Source: a virus. Taken from it: DNA of 64,000 nt. The number at the start of each line of letters is the position of its first letter. Within the stretch, counting starts at the first letter, position 1. The notes under the pieces were generated by a model. That model was not told where the DNA came from, did no database searches, and saw only the letters and a list, made by a program, of their open reading frames with translations. The DNA is taken from the IMG/VR virus record IMGVR_UViG_3300049846_002130, positions 96,001 to 160,000 of that record; one strand, written 5' to 3'. This document shows positions 44,589 to 54,907 of the stretch, one piece after another. The translations under genes were made by a program, and so were the position numbers.

Positions 44589-45436
44589 GTTTTAGAAGTT
44601 ATAGAGATATTTATCTAGCAATAGAAGCTGGACAATATAATGTAAATACTTTTGCTAAAACTCAGTCACAAGTTAATACAGCTGCTATTGGTGTTGATTT
44701 ATCTATGGCACCTGGTAATCCAAAGGCCAATTATTATATTGGTGATCCCCTAACTGCAACAACATTAACAGCTGGGGGTTTGACTCCAGCTAATGCTGTA
44801 TCTCCATATAAAAAATATTTATATAGGCTTGGCATAGCAATGCCAACTAACGCAAACGGTAACTTAACAACATTTTATCTTTGTGACTACTTACTATTTT
44901 ATTCGTTTATAGATATGAGTGATACATCTGAACAGGTGTTGGATAACACTATTAGTCTTCCTCGCTATACAACAGGTGAGGGAGTCCAGATGGCAGCTGT
45001 ATTATTACAAACTCAAACCGGTGGAGTAACCTTTTCTGTAAAGTATGTTAATTCTGATGGAACTACTAATAGAACTACACCAACTATTACCTGTAACACT
45101 TCAACAGCAGCTACCTGTATACTTAACAGTAATACTACTGGGACAACACCTGGTTTGTTTATGCCATTACAAATAGGAGATAAAGGTGTAAGAAGTATTA
45201 CTTCTATAACATTTGATACAGCAGATATAGGAGTAATGGCTTTAATTTTAGTTAAGCCAATAGCGACTTTAAATTACCATAGTAACGCAGCCTATGCAGA
45301 GACAGAATATCTTAGAGCTGGAAGCTCTTTGCCTGAAATTAAAGACGGAGCTTATCTAAACTTAATAGCTTGGGGTGGAGCCGGAAGCTGGGTAGGGTCT
45401 CCATTCACAGGAATGATCGAAACTATTTGGGGTTAA
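44585..45436 (+). CDS. virion structural protein, paralogue of the next gene
   Basis: Shares L.D.L.FY and FMPLQ.GD.GV motifs with 45438..46592. Confidence 0.55.
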   Translation: MSFRSYRDIYLAIEAGQYNVNTFAKTQSQVNTAAIGVDLSMAPGNPKANYYIGDPLTATTLTAGGLTPANAVSPYKKYLYRLGIAMPTNANGNLTTFYLCDYLLFYSFIDMSDTSEQVLDNTISLPRYTTGEGVQMAAVLLQTQTGGVTFSVKYVNSDGTTNRTTPTITCNTSTAATCILNSNTTGTTPGLFMPLQIGDKGVRSITSITFDTADIGVMALILVKPIATLNYHSNAAYAETEYLRAGSSLPEIKDGAYLNLIAWGGAGSWVGSPFTGMIETIWG

Positions 45437-45437
45437 A

Positions 45438-46592
45438 ATGCCAGGATTTACATCACAAGATGATATGATTAGTGAGATCTCTACTTTTGGTAAGACTTAT
45501 AGAAATGATTGGAATAAATCTTTCTTACCAACAACAGCAGCAGTAGCTGGTGAATGGCACTGTTTGGCAAGATCGCAGGGAAGTCCAACTGCTGATGCCC
45601 TTTATAATACTGGAACTAACTTGGCTTTTCAACCAGTTACAGATGCAACAGCTAATAATAGTTCATTTGTTCATGGTGGAGATGTAACTACTGATTATAA
45701 ACACTTGTTAAGTGCTTCTGCTGTAGCTGCTACTGGTACAATTGTGCCATTTTATTTAATGTTAGTTGATCTAATTGGGTTTTATCGGGTAACTTCTGTT
45801 ACTACGACAACACCACAATCTTTAACAAATACATTAAGTGTTACTAATAACTTTACTGCAGATGCTTCTACAGATGTATGTACACATACATTTTATAATT
45901 TATTAGCTTATACAAGAGTAAGATTAACTACAACAGTTACTCTTCCTGCTGGTTTAGCAACAGCTACAGACTACTATGTAATTAAGCTAACAGACACTAC
46001 TTGTAAGTTGGCTTCATCATATGCCAATGCTGTTGCTGGTACAGCAATAAATATTACTGATGCGGGTACAGGAACCCATACAATCAATACTTTGCTTCCT
46101 CGTTATACTAACGGAGCTAGAGTCCGCCCCTTTATGTGGAACACAAATGCTACCCCAATGGGAGCAGCAACACCCAACTTAAGTATTGGGTATACTAATG
46201 CTGCTCAGACAGGTAGCCGTGCCACACCAACAACCTTACCTATTGGAAAGACTGCTGCTGCTAATGGGCTCGTATTATATTCTGGAAACGGTTCTGGTAA
46301 ATATGGACCCTTTATGCCTTTACAGGCGGGTGATACTGGTGTTGCCCAAGTAGATACGGTAACAATATCTGTTTCTTATGTATCTGGAGAGTTTTCTATA
46401 GGTTTAGCAGTACCACTTATGGCACTACCTGCAACTACTTTAGGTGTAGCAACTGAAAGAGAATTTGTTAATCAATTTCCGTCATTACCTCGTATTTATG
46501 ATGGTGCAAATCTACAGTTATTAATGTATTCAGGTGCTAACACAGCTACGAGTACCCCAATGATGGGTCATCTTGAGTTTGCCTGGGGATAA
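45438..46592 (+). CDS. virion structural protein
   Basis: Thr/Ala-rich; internal YYVIKL...KLASS.ANA..GTAINIT module. Confidence 0.55.
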   Translation: MPGFTSQDDMISEISTFGKTYRNDWNKSFLPTTAAVAGEWHCLARSQGSPTADALYNTGTNLAFQPVTDATANNSSFVHGGDVTTDYKHLLSASAVAATGTIVPFYLMLVDLIGFYRVTSVTTTTPQSLTNTLSVTNNFTADASTDVCTHTFYNLLAYTRVRLTTTVTLPAGLATATDYYVIKLTDTTCKLASSYANAVAGTAINITDAGTGTHTINTLLPRYTNGARVRPFMWNTNATPMGAATPNLSIGYTNAAQTGSRATPTTLPIGKTAAANGLVLYSGNGSGKYGPFMPLQAGDTGVAQVDTVTISVSYVSGEFSIGLAVPLMALPATTLGVATEREFVNQFPSLPRIYDGANLQLLMYSGANTATSTPMMGHLEFAWG

Positions 46593-46595
46593 TAA

Positions 46596-47489
46596 TTGCT
46601 TTTAAAGAATAAGAACACATTAGCTGGTCAGCCAGTTAGATATATAACTGGTAGCTTAGGTCACTTTCCAGAAAGCTTCTGGTCTGGTCCGACAAGAAGT
46701 CGGACAGCAATGAGTTCTATTTCTGCTGTACCTAATGGATACAACGATTCTCTTGCCTTAATCTTACCTCGTAGTACTAATGGTATAAGTTCCTATAATC
46801 AAATAATTGGGGACTCTGCTATTAGTGCTACACTAATAGCAGGGGCTCCTATAGTTGCTGCTGTTACTGGTAATGGAGATATTACTACAGCTGTAATTAG
46901 TTATATTACTGAGGGCGAAATAGCAGCTACTCTTACCGGTAGCGGAGATATAGTTGGAACTCTTTCCTATATTACTCATTCAGATCTTGTAGCGGCCCTT
47001 ACTGGAGACTCTAGTATTGTTGCAACTTTAACTGAAGGCAGAGTATTAGAAGCTGTACTTACAGGCGATAATACAATAACTGCAACTTTAATTGGTACAT
47101 ATCCAATTAGTTCTTCTATTGTAGGAAATGGAGATATAGTAAGTGATCTACTCGGAATAGGCTATATGATTGTTACCATACCTGGTAGTAGTAGCACATC
47201 AGTAGGAGCTACTGATGTGCCAGCCTATATAGGTGCCACAATAACTGCAGCTGGAGAGACACTAACAACAACAAATGTTGCTTCTGCCGTATGGAGTGCT
47301 GTAGTCGAAGCTGGGTTCACTTACGAACAAGCTATAGAAATACTACTTGCTGTAGCTGCCGGCAAAACAACAATAGTCGATCTAGGTGGAGGTGATGCTA
47401 CTGTCACCTTTAGAGACCTAGATGATGTTGTTGATAGGGTAGTAGCAGATATGTCTGGTAGTGAGCGAACTAATGTAACTATTAGTTAG
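46596..47489 (+). CDS. virion structural protein with repeated (A/L)TG.(G/S).I motifs
   Basis: Tandem beta-repeats of about 21-22 aa. Confidence 0.55.
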   Translation: MLLKNKNTLAGQPVRYITGSLGHFPESFWSGPTRSRTAMSSISAVPNGYNDSLALILPRSTNGISSYNQIIGDSAISATLIAGAPIVAAVTGNGDITTAVISYITEGEIAATLTGSGDIVGTLSYITHSDLVAALTGDSSIVATLTEGRVLEAVLTGDNTITATLIGTYPISSSIVGNGDIVSDLLGIGYMIVTIPGSSSTSVGATDVPAYIGATITAAGETLTTTNVASAVWSAVVEAGFTYEQAIEILLAVAAGKTTIVDLGGGDATVTFRDLDDVVDRVVADMSGSERTNVTIS

Positions 47490-47710
47490 AATAAGAAATT
47501 ATCTAACTTATTTGCAGATAAAGTCTTAATTTGATTCAAGATCTTATCTAGTTCTTCAATAGATTGAAATGATTTGGACCCTAAATAGGCTCTATGTCTT
47601 GCCCAAGATGGAAATCCCCATACATATATTCTATTAGATTCTATCCGTATTGCTAGATTTTTAGCTTCAATTATAGAGTATAAATCAGCTAAACCAATCA
47701 TCTGATCCAA
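47486..47710 (-). CDS. hypothetical protein
   Basis: Coupled to mnmA. Confidence 0.55.
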   Translation of the reverse strand: MDQMIGLADLYSIIEAKNLAIRIESNRIYVWGFPSWARHRAYLGSKSFQSIEELDKILNQIKTLSANKLDNFLF

Positions 47711-48753
47711 CCTCCGCCAATTACTTGGCCTTGTCTATAAACAACTGCTGCCTGTCCAGGTGTAACTACTGTTGGCGTTTCTATATGTATTGTTTTAGAA
47801 CCATATACATCGTCTAAAGATATGGTTTTAACTGGAATACTATTCTTCCTATAGCGAATAACAACTTCAATATCGTTGGTTGGAGTGGGCTCTTCCCAAC
47901 TAATCCAACCATCTACTCTAAAGCTAGTAACAGCATTAGCATCTCTAATGTCAGATACATATACTGTACTTGTATCCTTATCTATACGAGTAACAAACAA
48001 CGGATTATTGCTTTGTGTAATATTTAATCCACGACGTTGGCCAATAGTAAAGTTATGAAGACCATTATGCTTTCCTAAAGTGTTTCCATTCTCATGCTTA
48101 ATTAAACCACTAGTACCAGAAAGATAAGTTACTATCTGCTTTTCTAAAAATTCTTTATGGGTACCATTAGGAGCAAAGCATAAATTTTGACTTTCTTGCT
48201 TATCTGCAATTGGTAAATCAAGCTCCTTAGCTAAAGCTCTTACATTTTCCTTAGTTAAAGTAGCTAGTGGAAAAAGAATTTTAGATCTAAACAATGGATC
48301 TATTGGGAATAGAAAATAAGATTGATCCTTATTACTATCAAAAGCTTTATAAAGCTTATTGTCAATTAGCTGAGCATAGTGTCCAGTCGCGACATAATCA
48401 TATCCAAGCGTCTGTGCCAACTCAATAAGCAAATTGAACTTAAGAATGCCATTGCAATGAGTACACGGAATAGGAGTGCGGCCATTAAAGTATTCCTCCA
48501 CAAAATTCTGAAGTACAAACTTCTTAAAGTGTGCTCGGTAATCTGTTACGAAGTATGGTATGTTAAGCTCACTACAAACTATATTGGCATCAATAGCATC
48601 TTGTTGTCCACAACAAGACTTTGATATAACTTCTTTAACTTCGTCATGGAGCTTCATATGAACTCCAAGTACATCATGGCCATCTCTCTTGAGTAAAGCA
48701 GCAGCAACACTGCTGTCAACACCGCCTGACATTGCTACTAAAACTTTAGACAT
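47698..48753 (-). CDS. mnmA: tRNA U34 2-thiouridylase
   Basis: AMSGGVDS, PCTHCN, ATGHYA, KDQSYFL, ESQNLCF, TIGQRRGL, TPGQAAV. Confidence 0.95.
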   Translation of the reverse strand: MSKVLVAMSGGVDSSVAAALLKRDGHDVLGVHMKLHDEVKEVISKSCCGQQDAIDANIVCSELNIPYFVTDYRAHFKKFVLQNFVEEYFNGRTPIPCTHCNGILKFNLLIELAQTLGYDYVATGHYAQLIDNKLYKAFDSNKDQSYFLFPIDPLFRSKILFPLATLTKENVRALAKELDLPIADKQESQNLCFAPNGTHKEFLEKQIVTYLSGTSGLIKHENGNTLGKHNGLHNFTIGQRRGLNITQSNNPLFVTRIDKDTSTVYVSDIRDANAVTSFRVDGWISWEEPTPTNDIEVVIRYRKNSIPVKTISLDDVYGSKTIHIETPTVVTPGQAAVVYRQGQVIGGGWIR

Positions 48754-48777
48754 AAAGATTCTCCTAGAGGTTAATTA

Positions 48778-50472
48778 ATGACTGGTGCTTTTAAACCTGG
48801 GGCTACATCCGGAACAACAGTAAGTGTCGAAGAACTTCCAGATACCTTAGGCCAGAGTACAATGGCTGGTAGCCTATCAGTTGTTATTGCAAGTGATCAA
48901 ACTCCAATACCAATCTCTGGAAGTATTACAGCTACCAATCCTAGTGTGGGTCTTACGGGTGATCCAGTTCCCACTTCCGCTACTTTTATTGGTGGAGAGA
49001 ATGAATTTGGAGATCTATACGGTCCTAGAGTTTTTGATTTAGACTATTTAGGACCTGCTGAGTGGAACTTAGGTGTCAACCTTAGATTTGGTGCAGACGG
49101 AGGAAGTGTCGAAGCTGGTACAGCTCTAGATCCTATTCGTATTGACCCTACCGGAACCACTGCTCAACCTATTACTGATAATGGGGGAAGCCTTACTATA
49201 GATAGCTCTCAACTGCCCCCGGTCTTAGGATCAACAACTTCAGCTAATAGTTTGTCTGTTGTTCTTGCTAGCGATCATGGATTTGTTTTTGTTCATGATG
49301 GGGGCGGGTCTTTATCTGTAGATGATGGTGGGGGCTCCCTAACTGTAGACGGTACAGTTACAGCTAATATAGGTACTGCAGGTGGACTAGCTCTTAATAC
49401 AACTCTTACTAATGGAACTCAAAAATCTATTGTTCGTAGTGGAGATAAAGGTTCATCTGTTTCTGCAGATATAACATCAACCCCTCAAAGTGTTGATCAT
49501 GAGGCTCTTGATATTCAATTATATCATTCTGGAACAGCTATAGATCCCACACAAATCAGAGCACTAACAGCTTCAGATATAGTAACTGCAGAGGTTAGTA
49601 GCTGGCTTGGAAGTACAGCTCCTACTGTTGGTCAAAAGTCTATGGCCAATTCAGTTCCAGTTGTTCTAGCTAGTGATCAAAGTACAATTGTAGTTTCTGG
49701 AACCGTTACTGCAAGTAACCCAAGTGTTGGTACTAATAATACTGCTGCCCCAGGTTCCTCTACACAGATAGGTGGGACTGATGGAACTAATCTTCAATCT
49801 GCTAGAGTTTTTGATTTGGATTCAGGTGGCGGAACCCAATATGTTATTGGGGTTGGATTACGCAAAGCAGCTTCAGGTGGTTCTGTTGAAGCAGGAACCT
49901 CAACAGATCCTTTAAGGACAGATCCTACTGGAACAACTGCTCAACCCGTAACAGATAATGGTAGTTCTATTACTGTAGATGCACCTGTAGGAACCCCTGT
50001 AGCTGTTCGTCTTTCTGATGGAGCTGCTTTCTATGATGGAACGAAGACTGGTCAACTACCAACAGCTCTTGTTGGAGGGCGACTCGACACTAATATCGGA
50101 GCTTGGCTAGGCTCTACAACGCCCACAGTCGGTCAGAAGACTATGACAGATAGTCTTCCTGTTGTATTAGCTAGCAACCAATCTTCTCTTCAGGTAAACT
50201 TTCAGTCTTCAAGTAGTAGTGTAAGTAGTGTTGCTGCTAGTGCAACTAGTGTCACACTACTTGCCTCTAATTCCTCTAGGAAAGGAGCCAGCATTTATAA
50301 CGATAGTACTAAGAATCTTTACATTAAGCTAGGATCTACAGCTTCTAGTACAAGCTTTAGTATATTACTTAATAATGGTGGTTATTATGAAGTACCCTTT
50401 GGATATACTGGAGTTATAGATGGTATTTGGAATATTGCATCAGGTAATGCTAGAATTACGGAGTTAACATAA
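48778..50472 (+). CDS. repeat-rich virion surface/fibre protein
   Basis: Internal duplication of about 90 aa; four V(V)LAS(D/N)(Q/H)-type motifs. Confidence 0.6.
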   Translation: MTGAFKPGATSGTTVSVEELPDTLGQSTMAGSLSVVIASDQTPIPISGSITATNPSVGLTGDPVPTSATFIGGENEFGDLYGPRVFDLDYLGPAEWNLGVNLRFGADGGSVEAGTALDPIRIDPTGTTAQPITDNGGSLTIDSSQLPPVLGSTTSANSLSVVLASDHGFVFVHDGGGSLSVDDGGGSLTVDGTVTANIGTAGGLALNTTLTNGTQKSIVRSGDKGSSVSADITSTPQSVDHEALDIQLYHSGTAIDPTQIRALTASDIVTAEVSSWLGSTAPTVGQKSMANSVPVVLASDQSTIVVSGTVTASNPSVGTNNTAAPGSSTQIGGTDGTNLQSARVFDLDSGGGTQYVIGVGLRKAASGGSVEAGTSTDPLRTDPTGTTAQPVTDNGSSITVDAPVGTPVAVRLSDGAAFYDGTKTGQLPTALVGGRLDTNIGAWLGSTTPTVGQKTMTDSLPVVLASNQSSLQVNFQSSSSSVSSVAASATSVTLLASNSSRKGASIYNDSTKNLYIKLGSTASSTSFSILLNNGGYYEVPFGYTGVIDGIWNIASGNARITELT

Positions 50473-50473
50473 G

Positions 50474-53400
50474 ATGTCTAGCACTAATAAAGCAGTAATA
50501 TTATTAGATAGTACCGATGATATTCTTGTAGGCCAACGGGTATCTGCCGATAGCATTCCTGTTACAGTTGCATCTGATCAACCTGCTATTGCTGTTAGTA
50601 TGTCTACATCTCCTTTACCAACAGGAGCTGCAACTGAAGCTACACTTAGCTCTTTATTAACATCATCACAATTACTTGATGATGTTATTTATACGGCTGG
50701 AACAAGTACTTATACAGAAGCAGCTAGTAAAGGCTCTCTAATTCTAGGTATTAGAAGAGATGCTGATACTTCATTAGTAGACACTACTAATGAGATGGCT
50801 CCGTTACAAGTAGATGCAAATGGTAGACTAAAAGTTGAAGCTTTTTCTGGAGAGACATTACCAGTATCTCTTACATCTACAACTATAACTGGGACAGTAG
50901 CAGTAACCAAGTCTGGGACATGGACCTTAGATGCTAATTCTGGTGTAGATATTGGTGATGTTACAATTAATAATGCTTCTGGAGCTGGTGCTGTAAATAT
51001 ACAAGATGGTGGCAATTCAATTACTGTAGACGGAACAATTGCTGCTACTCAATCTGGAACATGGTCAACCAGAACACAAGATGGTTCTGGTAATAATATA
51101 ACTTCTGCATCTAGAGGTTCTGAAAGAGCTTTATCTGTTCAGATAGTTGACGGTTCTGGCACACAAATAACCTCATTTGGTGGAGGAACACAATATACAG
51201 AAGATATTGCTGCTGCTGCTGATCCTATTGGCAATATGCTACTTGTCGTACGAGCAGATTCTCTTGCATCAATAACAGATTCTGATGGCGATAATTTAGC
51301 ATTAAGAGCAACCAATAAAGGTGAGTTATACGTAAAGCAAACCGATGCTATTCCGGTAACTGATAATGCTGGTAGTTTAACTGTAGACAATGGAGGTACT
51401 TTTGCGGTTCAAGAAAGTGGAGCTGCACTAACTTCACTCCAACTTATAGATGATATTGTTGGTACAGCTGGCTCTGCTATTACAAGTAAAGCTGGTGTTG
51501 TAGCTGGTAGTGATGGAACAACTACAAGAATCATTTCTACAACAGCAACTGGAATAGTAAAAGTAGATTTGTCTGGAACCAATGCTAATAGTACGGCTGT
51601 TAAAGTAGATGGCTCTTCTTTTACTCAACCAGTTAGTGGTACGGTCACTGCTAATTTGGCTGCTGGAACTAACAATATTGGTGATGTTGATGTTTTAACA
51701 GTTCCTGCTCCTTTATCAACAACTGGTAATGGAACAGCAGCAACGGCTTTACGGGTTACTGTAGCTTCTGATTCTACAGGTGTTTTAGCTGTTACAGATA
51801 ATGGTGGAAGCCTCACTGTAGATGGTACTGTGGCTGCCACCCAGTCTGGGACATGGAATATTACCAATATTTCTGGAACGGTATCACTACCAACAGGAGC
51901 AGCTACACTATCTGAACAACAAACACAAACAACTTCTTTGCAATTACTTGATGATGTTGTTGTTGTTGATAATGCTGCTTTTACTGATGGGACAACAAAA
52001 CTTTCTATGGCTGGCTACATCTACGACGATGTAGCTGGAACAGCATTATCTGAAAACGATGCTGCTGCAGCTAGAATCAATAGTAATAGAGCATTAGTTA
52101 ATACTATTGAAGATGGTGCAACTAGAGGCAGATACGCGACAGTTACTGCTTCAAATGCTATCAAAGTAGATGGTTCGGCAGTAACACAGCCAATATCTGC
52201 TTCCTCTTTGCCATTGCCTACTGGTGCCGCAACCGAAACAACTCTAACTGGTGTATTAACAACATCGGCCTTTCAGGCAAGAGTAAATACTCTCGGCCAG
52301 AAGACTATGGCTAACTCAACACCAGTCGTCGTCGCTTCTGACCAGACTGCGATACCCTCATCGCAGTCTGGAGCTTGGACAGTCACTGCTAACGCAGGCA
52401 CCAATCTGAATACGTCTGCTCTAGCTTTAGAATCTGGTGGTAATCTAGCCTCGGTTGTTACAAATACAACTAACATTCCTAATGTTATAGGTACAGCTGC
52501 TTCAGCAATTCCATCTAAACTTATTCAAGTAGGCGGTAGCGATGGTACAAATGCTAGAGCAATTAGAACAAACACATCTGGTCAGCTAGATATTCGGCCG
52601 CTAACAAACGCTGATGTTGTTAAGTCTCAGCTTCAAGATAATGCTGGAAATGGTTTAACTAGTAACAGTACTACCTATACTGCAAAGTTTGCTTTAGATG
52701 AAAACTTGCTAGGTACTTTAGGCACTGCTTTTTCAACTCCTGGTAAGGTAGATATTAAGGGTGCTGACGGAGATGTCTTTGTCAGACAAGCAACAGCTTC
52801 AAACCTTAATGCAACAGTTGTTGGCACAGGAACTTTTGCCGTCCAAGCAGCTCAAAGCGGTACCTGGACAGTTCAGCCAGGTAATACAGCCAATACAACA
52901 GCATGGCTTGTTACTGGAACCGGCGGCACCTTCCCAGTAACTGATTCTGGTGGTTCTTTAACTGTAGATAATAATGGAACATTTGCAGTTCAAGCATCTA
53001 TTGCTGCTGGAGCTACAAGTATTGCAAAGGCCGAAGACGTTGCAAGTGCTAATGCAGATGTTGGTGTCCCTGCTATGGCAGTGCGTAAAGCTGTCCCAGC
53101 TAATACATCTGATACAGATGGCGACTATGAAATGCTACAACTTAACCGTGGACGTTTATGGACTACGGCTACAGTTGATGCTTTACCTGCTCATGCATAT
53201 GATATTTTTGGCAAAATAAGAATCTCTGAGCAATTTAATGATGTTGAGGTACAGTTCCATAGAGACTCACCGGCAAATCTTGTAACAATTACTGCTGCTG
53301 GTACGCCTAATGGAACAGCCGACAACACCACTGTACCTGGTTTAATGCAAATGGCAACAGGTACGGGAACAACTGGTGAAATTAAAGCAGTTACAAAAGA

Positions 53401-54907
53401 TTCGGTTATCTATCGTTCGGGTGCTGAAGTATTTTGTATGTTTACGGCTGCCTGGCTTGATGGAGGAGTAGCTACTTCCTTCCAAAGAATCGGACTATAT
53501 GATACAAGTAATGGATTCTTTATTGGCTATGAGAATACTACCTTTGGAGTAACTACTAGAACTGGTGCTGTAGACACACAGGTTGCTAAAGCATCATGGT
53601 CTGTTGACACTCTTACTGGAGCATCAACAAGTAAGTTCACACGTAATGGTACACCGGAAGCAATAGACTTAACAAAGCTAAATGTATTTCGTGTTAGATA
53701 TGGATGGCTTGGCTCGGCGCCCATTAGATGGGAAGTACTTTCTCCAGATGGAGAATGGGTTTTATTTCATCAAACTCTTCAGCCTAACCTCAGTGCTTCG
53801 CCCTCAGTACAATCTACTGATCTTCCGATAACAGCTCACTTAGCTAAGACAGCTGGCGCTACTTCTTTAAGATTAAATACTGCTTGCTGGGGAGCAGGAA
53901 TTAATTATTCAGATGTAGATTTTGCTGCCTCCGCTACACTTGCTACAGCTGCTAATAGTGCTGTTAACTTTAATACACTTGGAGTTGCTTCTCTTCGTAT
54001 CCGAATTGGAACAACAACAACTGGAACAATTGCTTTAGAGGCAACTGTTGATGGCACAAACTGGATAACACATCCAAACTGCTATCTAACAAATGCTGCT
54101 GGCTCTGGTGAAACACAGGTCACAAGTACCATTACCCCTACCTCAGGTAATGCTTATCGATTAGATGCTACTGGATTTCGTGGAGTTCGAGCTAGAACAG
54201 CAACAACATTAGGAGCAAGTGTTGTTATAGCATATCTACAAGATACCCATGTATCGATAGCTACGGTAATTGGTGACAAAGCTAATAACTCAGCTGCACC
54301 TGGTTCAACAAATGTTGGAGCTCTAGTAGCTGTAGCTAATGCTAGCGTACCAACTTTTACCGAAGGCAATATAGTTGCGTTATCGTCTAACCTTTCTGGA
54401 GCAGTAAGAACAGTACCCTTTGAAGTTGCAACATACTCAGCAACAAACGTTAATTATACTGTTGCTAGCTCAGCAACAGATATTTTTACTATTACTGGCT
54501 CTGGTTCTAAAACAGTTAGAGTCCGCAGAATGGGTATGTCTGGTATACAGACTACTGCTGGCCAGGGTACAGTAATATTGTTAAAGAGATCAACTGCAAA
54601 CACAGGTGGTACAGCCACAACTTGTACAAATGTGCCTTATGATTCTACTAGTGCTGCAGCTACAGCTGTTGTTAGAGCCTATACAGCTAATCCAACAACT
54701 GGAACATTAGTTGGTAACCTTTATGCAGACCGGTTATTTATAGGTACAGCTACCTCTAATAGCGATAGAGGTATTTGGGAATTTAATTGTTTAAAGGCTC
54801 AGCCCCTAGTTCTTAGAGGAACAGGTGAGGTATTATCTATCAACTTAAATGGTATTACCGCTAGTGGTAATGTCATTAATGCTTGGGTTGAGTGGACAGA
54901 AGAATGA
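50474..54907 (+). CDS. 1477-aa repeat-rich virion surface/fibre protein
   Basis: Thr/Ala/Gly/Ser-rich; recurring DNGGSLTVD, LPTGAAT and ASDQ motifs. Confidence 0.65.
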   Translation: MSSTNKAVILLDSTDDILVGQRVSADSIPVTVASDQPAIAVSMSTSPLPTGAATEATLSSLLTSSQLLDDVIYTAGTSTYTEAASKGSLILGIRRDADTSLVDTTNEMAPLQVDANGRLKVEAFSGETLPVSLTSTTITGTVAVTKSGTWTLDANSGVDIGDVTINNASGAGAVNIQDGGNSITVDGTIAATQSGTWSTRTQDGSGNNITSASRGSERALSVQIVDGSGTQITSFGGGTQYTEDIAAAADPIGNMLLVVRADSLASITDSDGDNLALRATNKGELYVKQTDAIPVTDNAGSLTVDNGGTFAVQESGAALTSLQLIDDIVGTAGSAITSKAGVVAGSDGTTTRIISTTATGIVKVDLSGTNANSTAVKVDGSSFTQPVSGTVTANLAAGTNNIGDVDVLTVPAPLSTTGNGTAATALRVTVASDSTGVLAVTDNGGSLTVDGTVAATQSGTWNITNISGTVSLPTGAATLSEQQTQTTSLQLLDDVVVVDNAAFTDGTTKLSMAGYIYDDVAGTALSENDAAAARINSNRALVNTIEDGATRGRYATVTASNAIKVDGSAVTQPISASSLPLPTGAATETTLTGVLTTSAFQARVNTLGQKTMANSTPVVVASDQTAIPSSQSGAWTVTANAGTNLNTSALALESGGNLASVVTNTTNIPNVIGTAASAIPSKLIQVGGSDGTNARAIRTNTSGQLDIRPLTNADVVKSQLQDNAGNGLTSNSTTYTAKFALDENLLGTLGTAFSTPGKVDIKGADGDVFVRQATASNLNATVVGTGTFAVQAAQSGTWTVQPGNTANTTAWLVTGTGGTFPVTDSGGSLTVDNNGTFAVQASIAAGATSIAKAEDVASANADVGVPAMAVRKAVPANTSDTDGDYEMLQLNRGRLWTTATVDALPAHAYDIFGKIRISEQFNDVEVQFHRDSPANLVTITAAGTPNGTADNTTVPGLMQMATGTGTTGEIKAVTKDSVIYRSGAEVFCMFTAAWLDGGVATSFQRIGLYDTSNGFFIGYENTTFGVTTRTGAVDTQVAKASWSVDTLTGASTSKFTRNGTPEAIDLTKLNVFRVRYGWLGSAPIRWEVLSPDGEWVLFHQTLQPNLSASPSVQSTDLPITAHLAKTAGATSLRLNTACWGAGINYSDVDFAASATLATAANSAVNFNTLGVASLRIRIGTTTTGTIALEATVDGTNWITHPNCYLTNAAGSGETQVTSTITPTSGNAYRLDATGFRGVRARTATTLGASVVIAYLQDTHVSIATVIGDKANNSAAPGSTNVGALVAVANASVPTFTEGNIVALSSNLSGAVRTVPFEVATYSATNVNYTVASSATDIFTITGSGSKTVRVRRMGMSGIQTTAGQGTVILLKRSTANTGGTATTCTNVPYDSTSAAATAVVRAYTANPTTGTLVGNLYADRLFIGTATSNSDRGIWEFNCLKAQPLVLRGTGEVLSINLNGITASGNVINAWVEWTEE

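Noticed and set aside
42833-54907. Diversity-generating retroelement acting on fibre genes
   Set aside because: No reverse transcriptase and no near-identical repeat pair differing at adenines were seen; the repeats are diverged protein modules.
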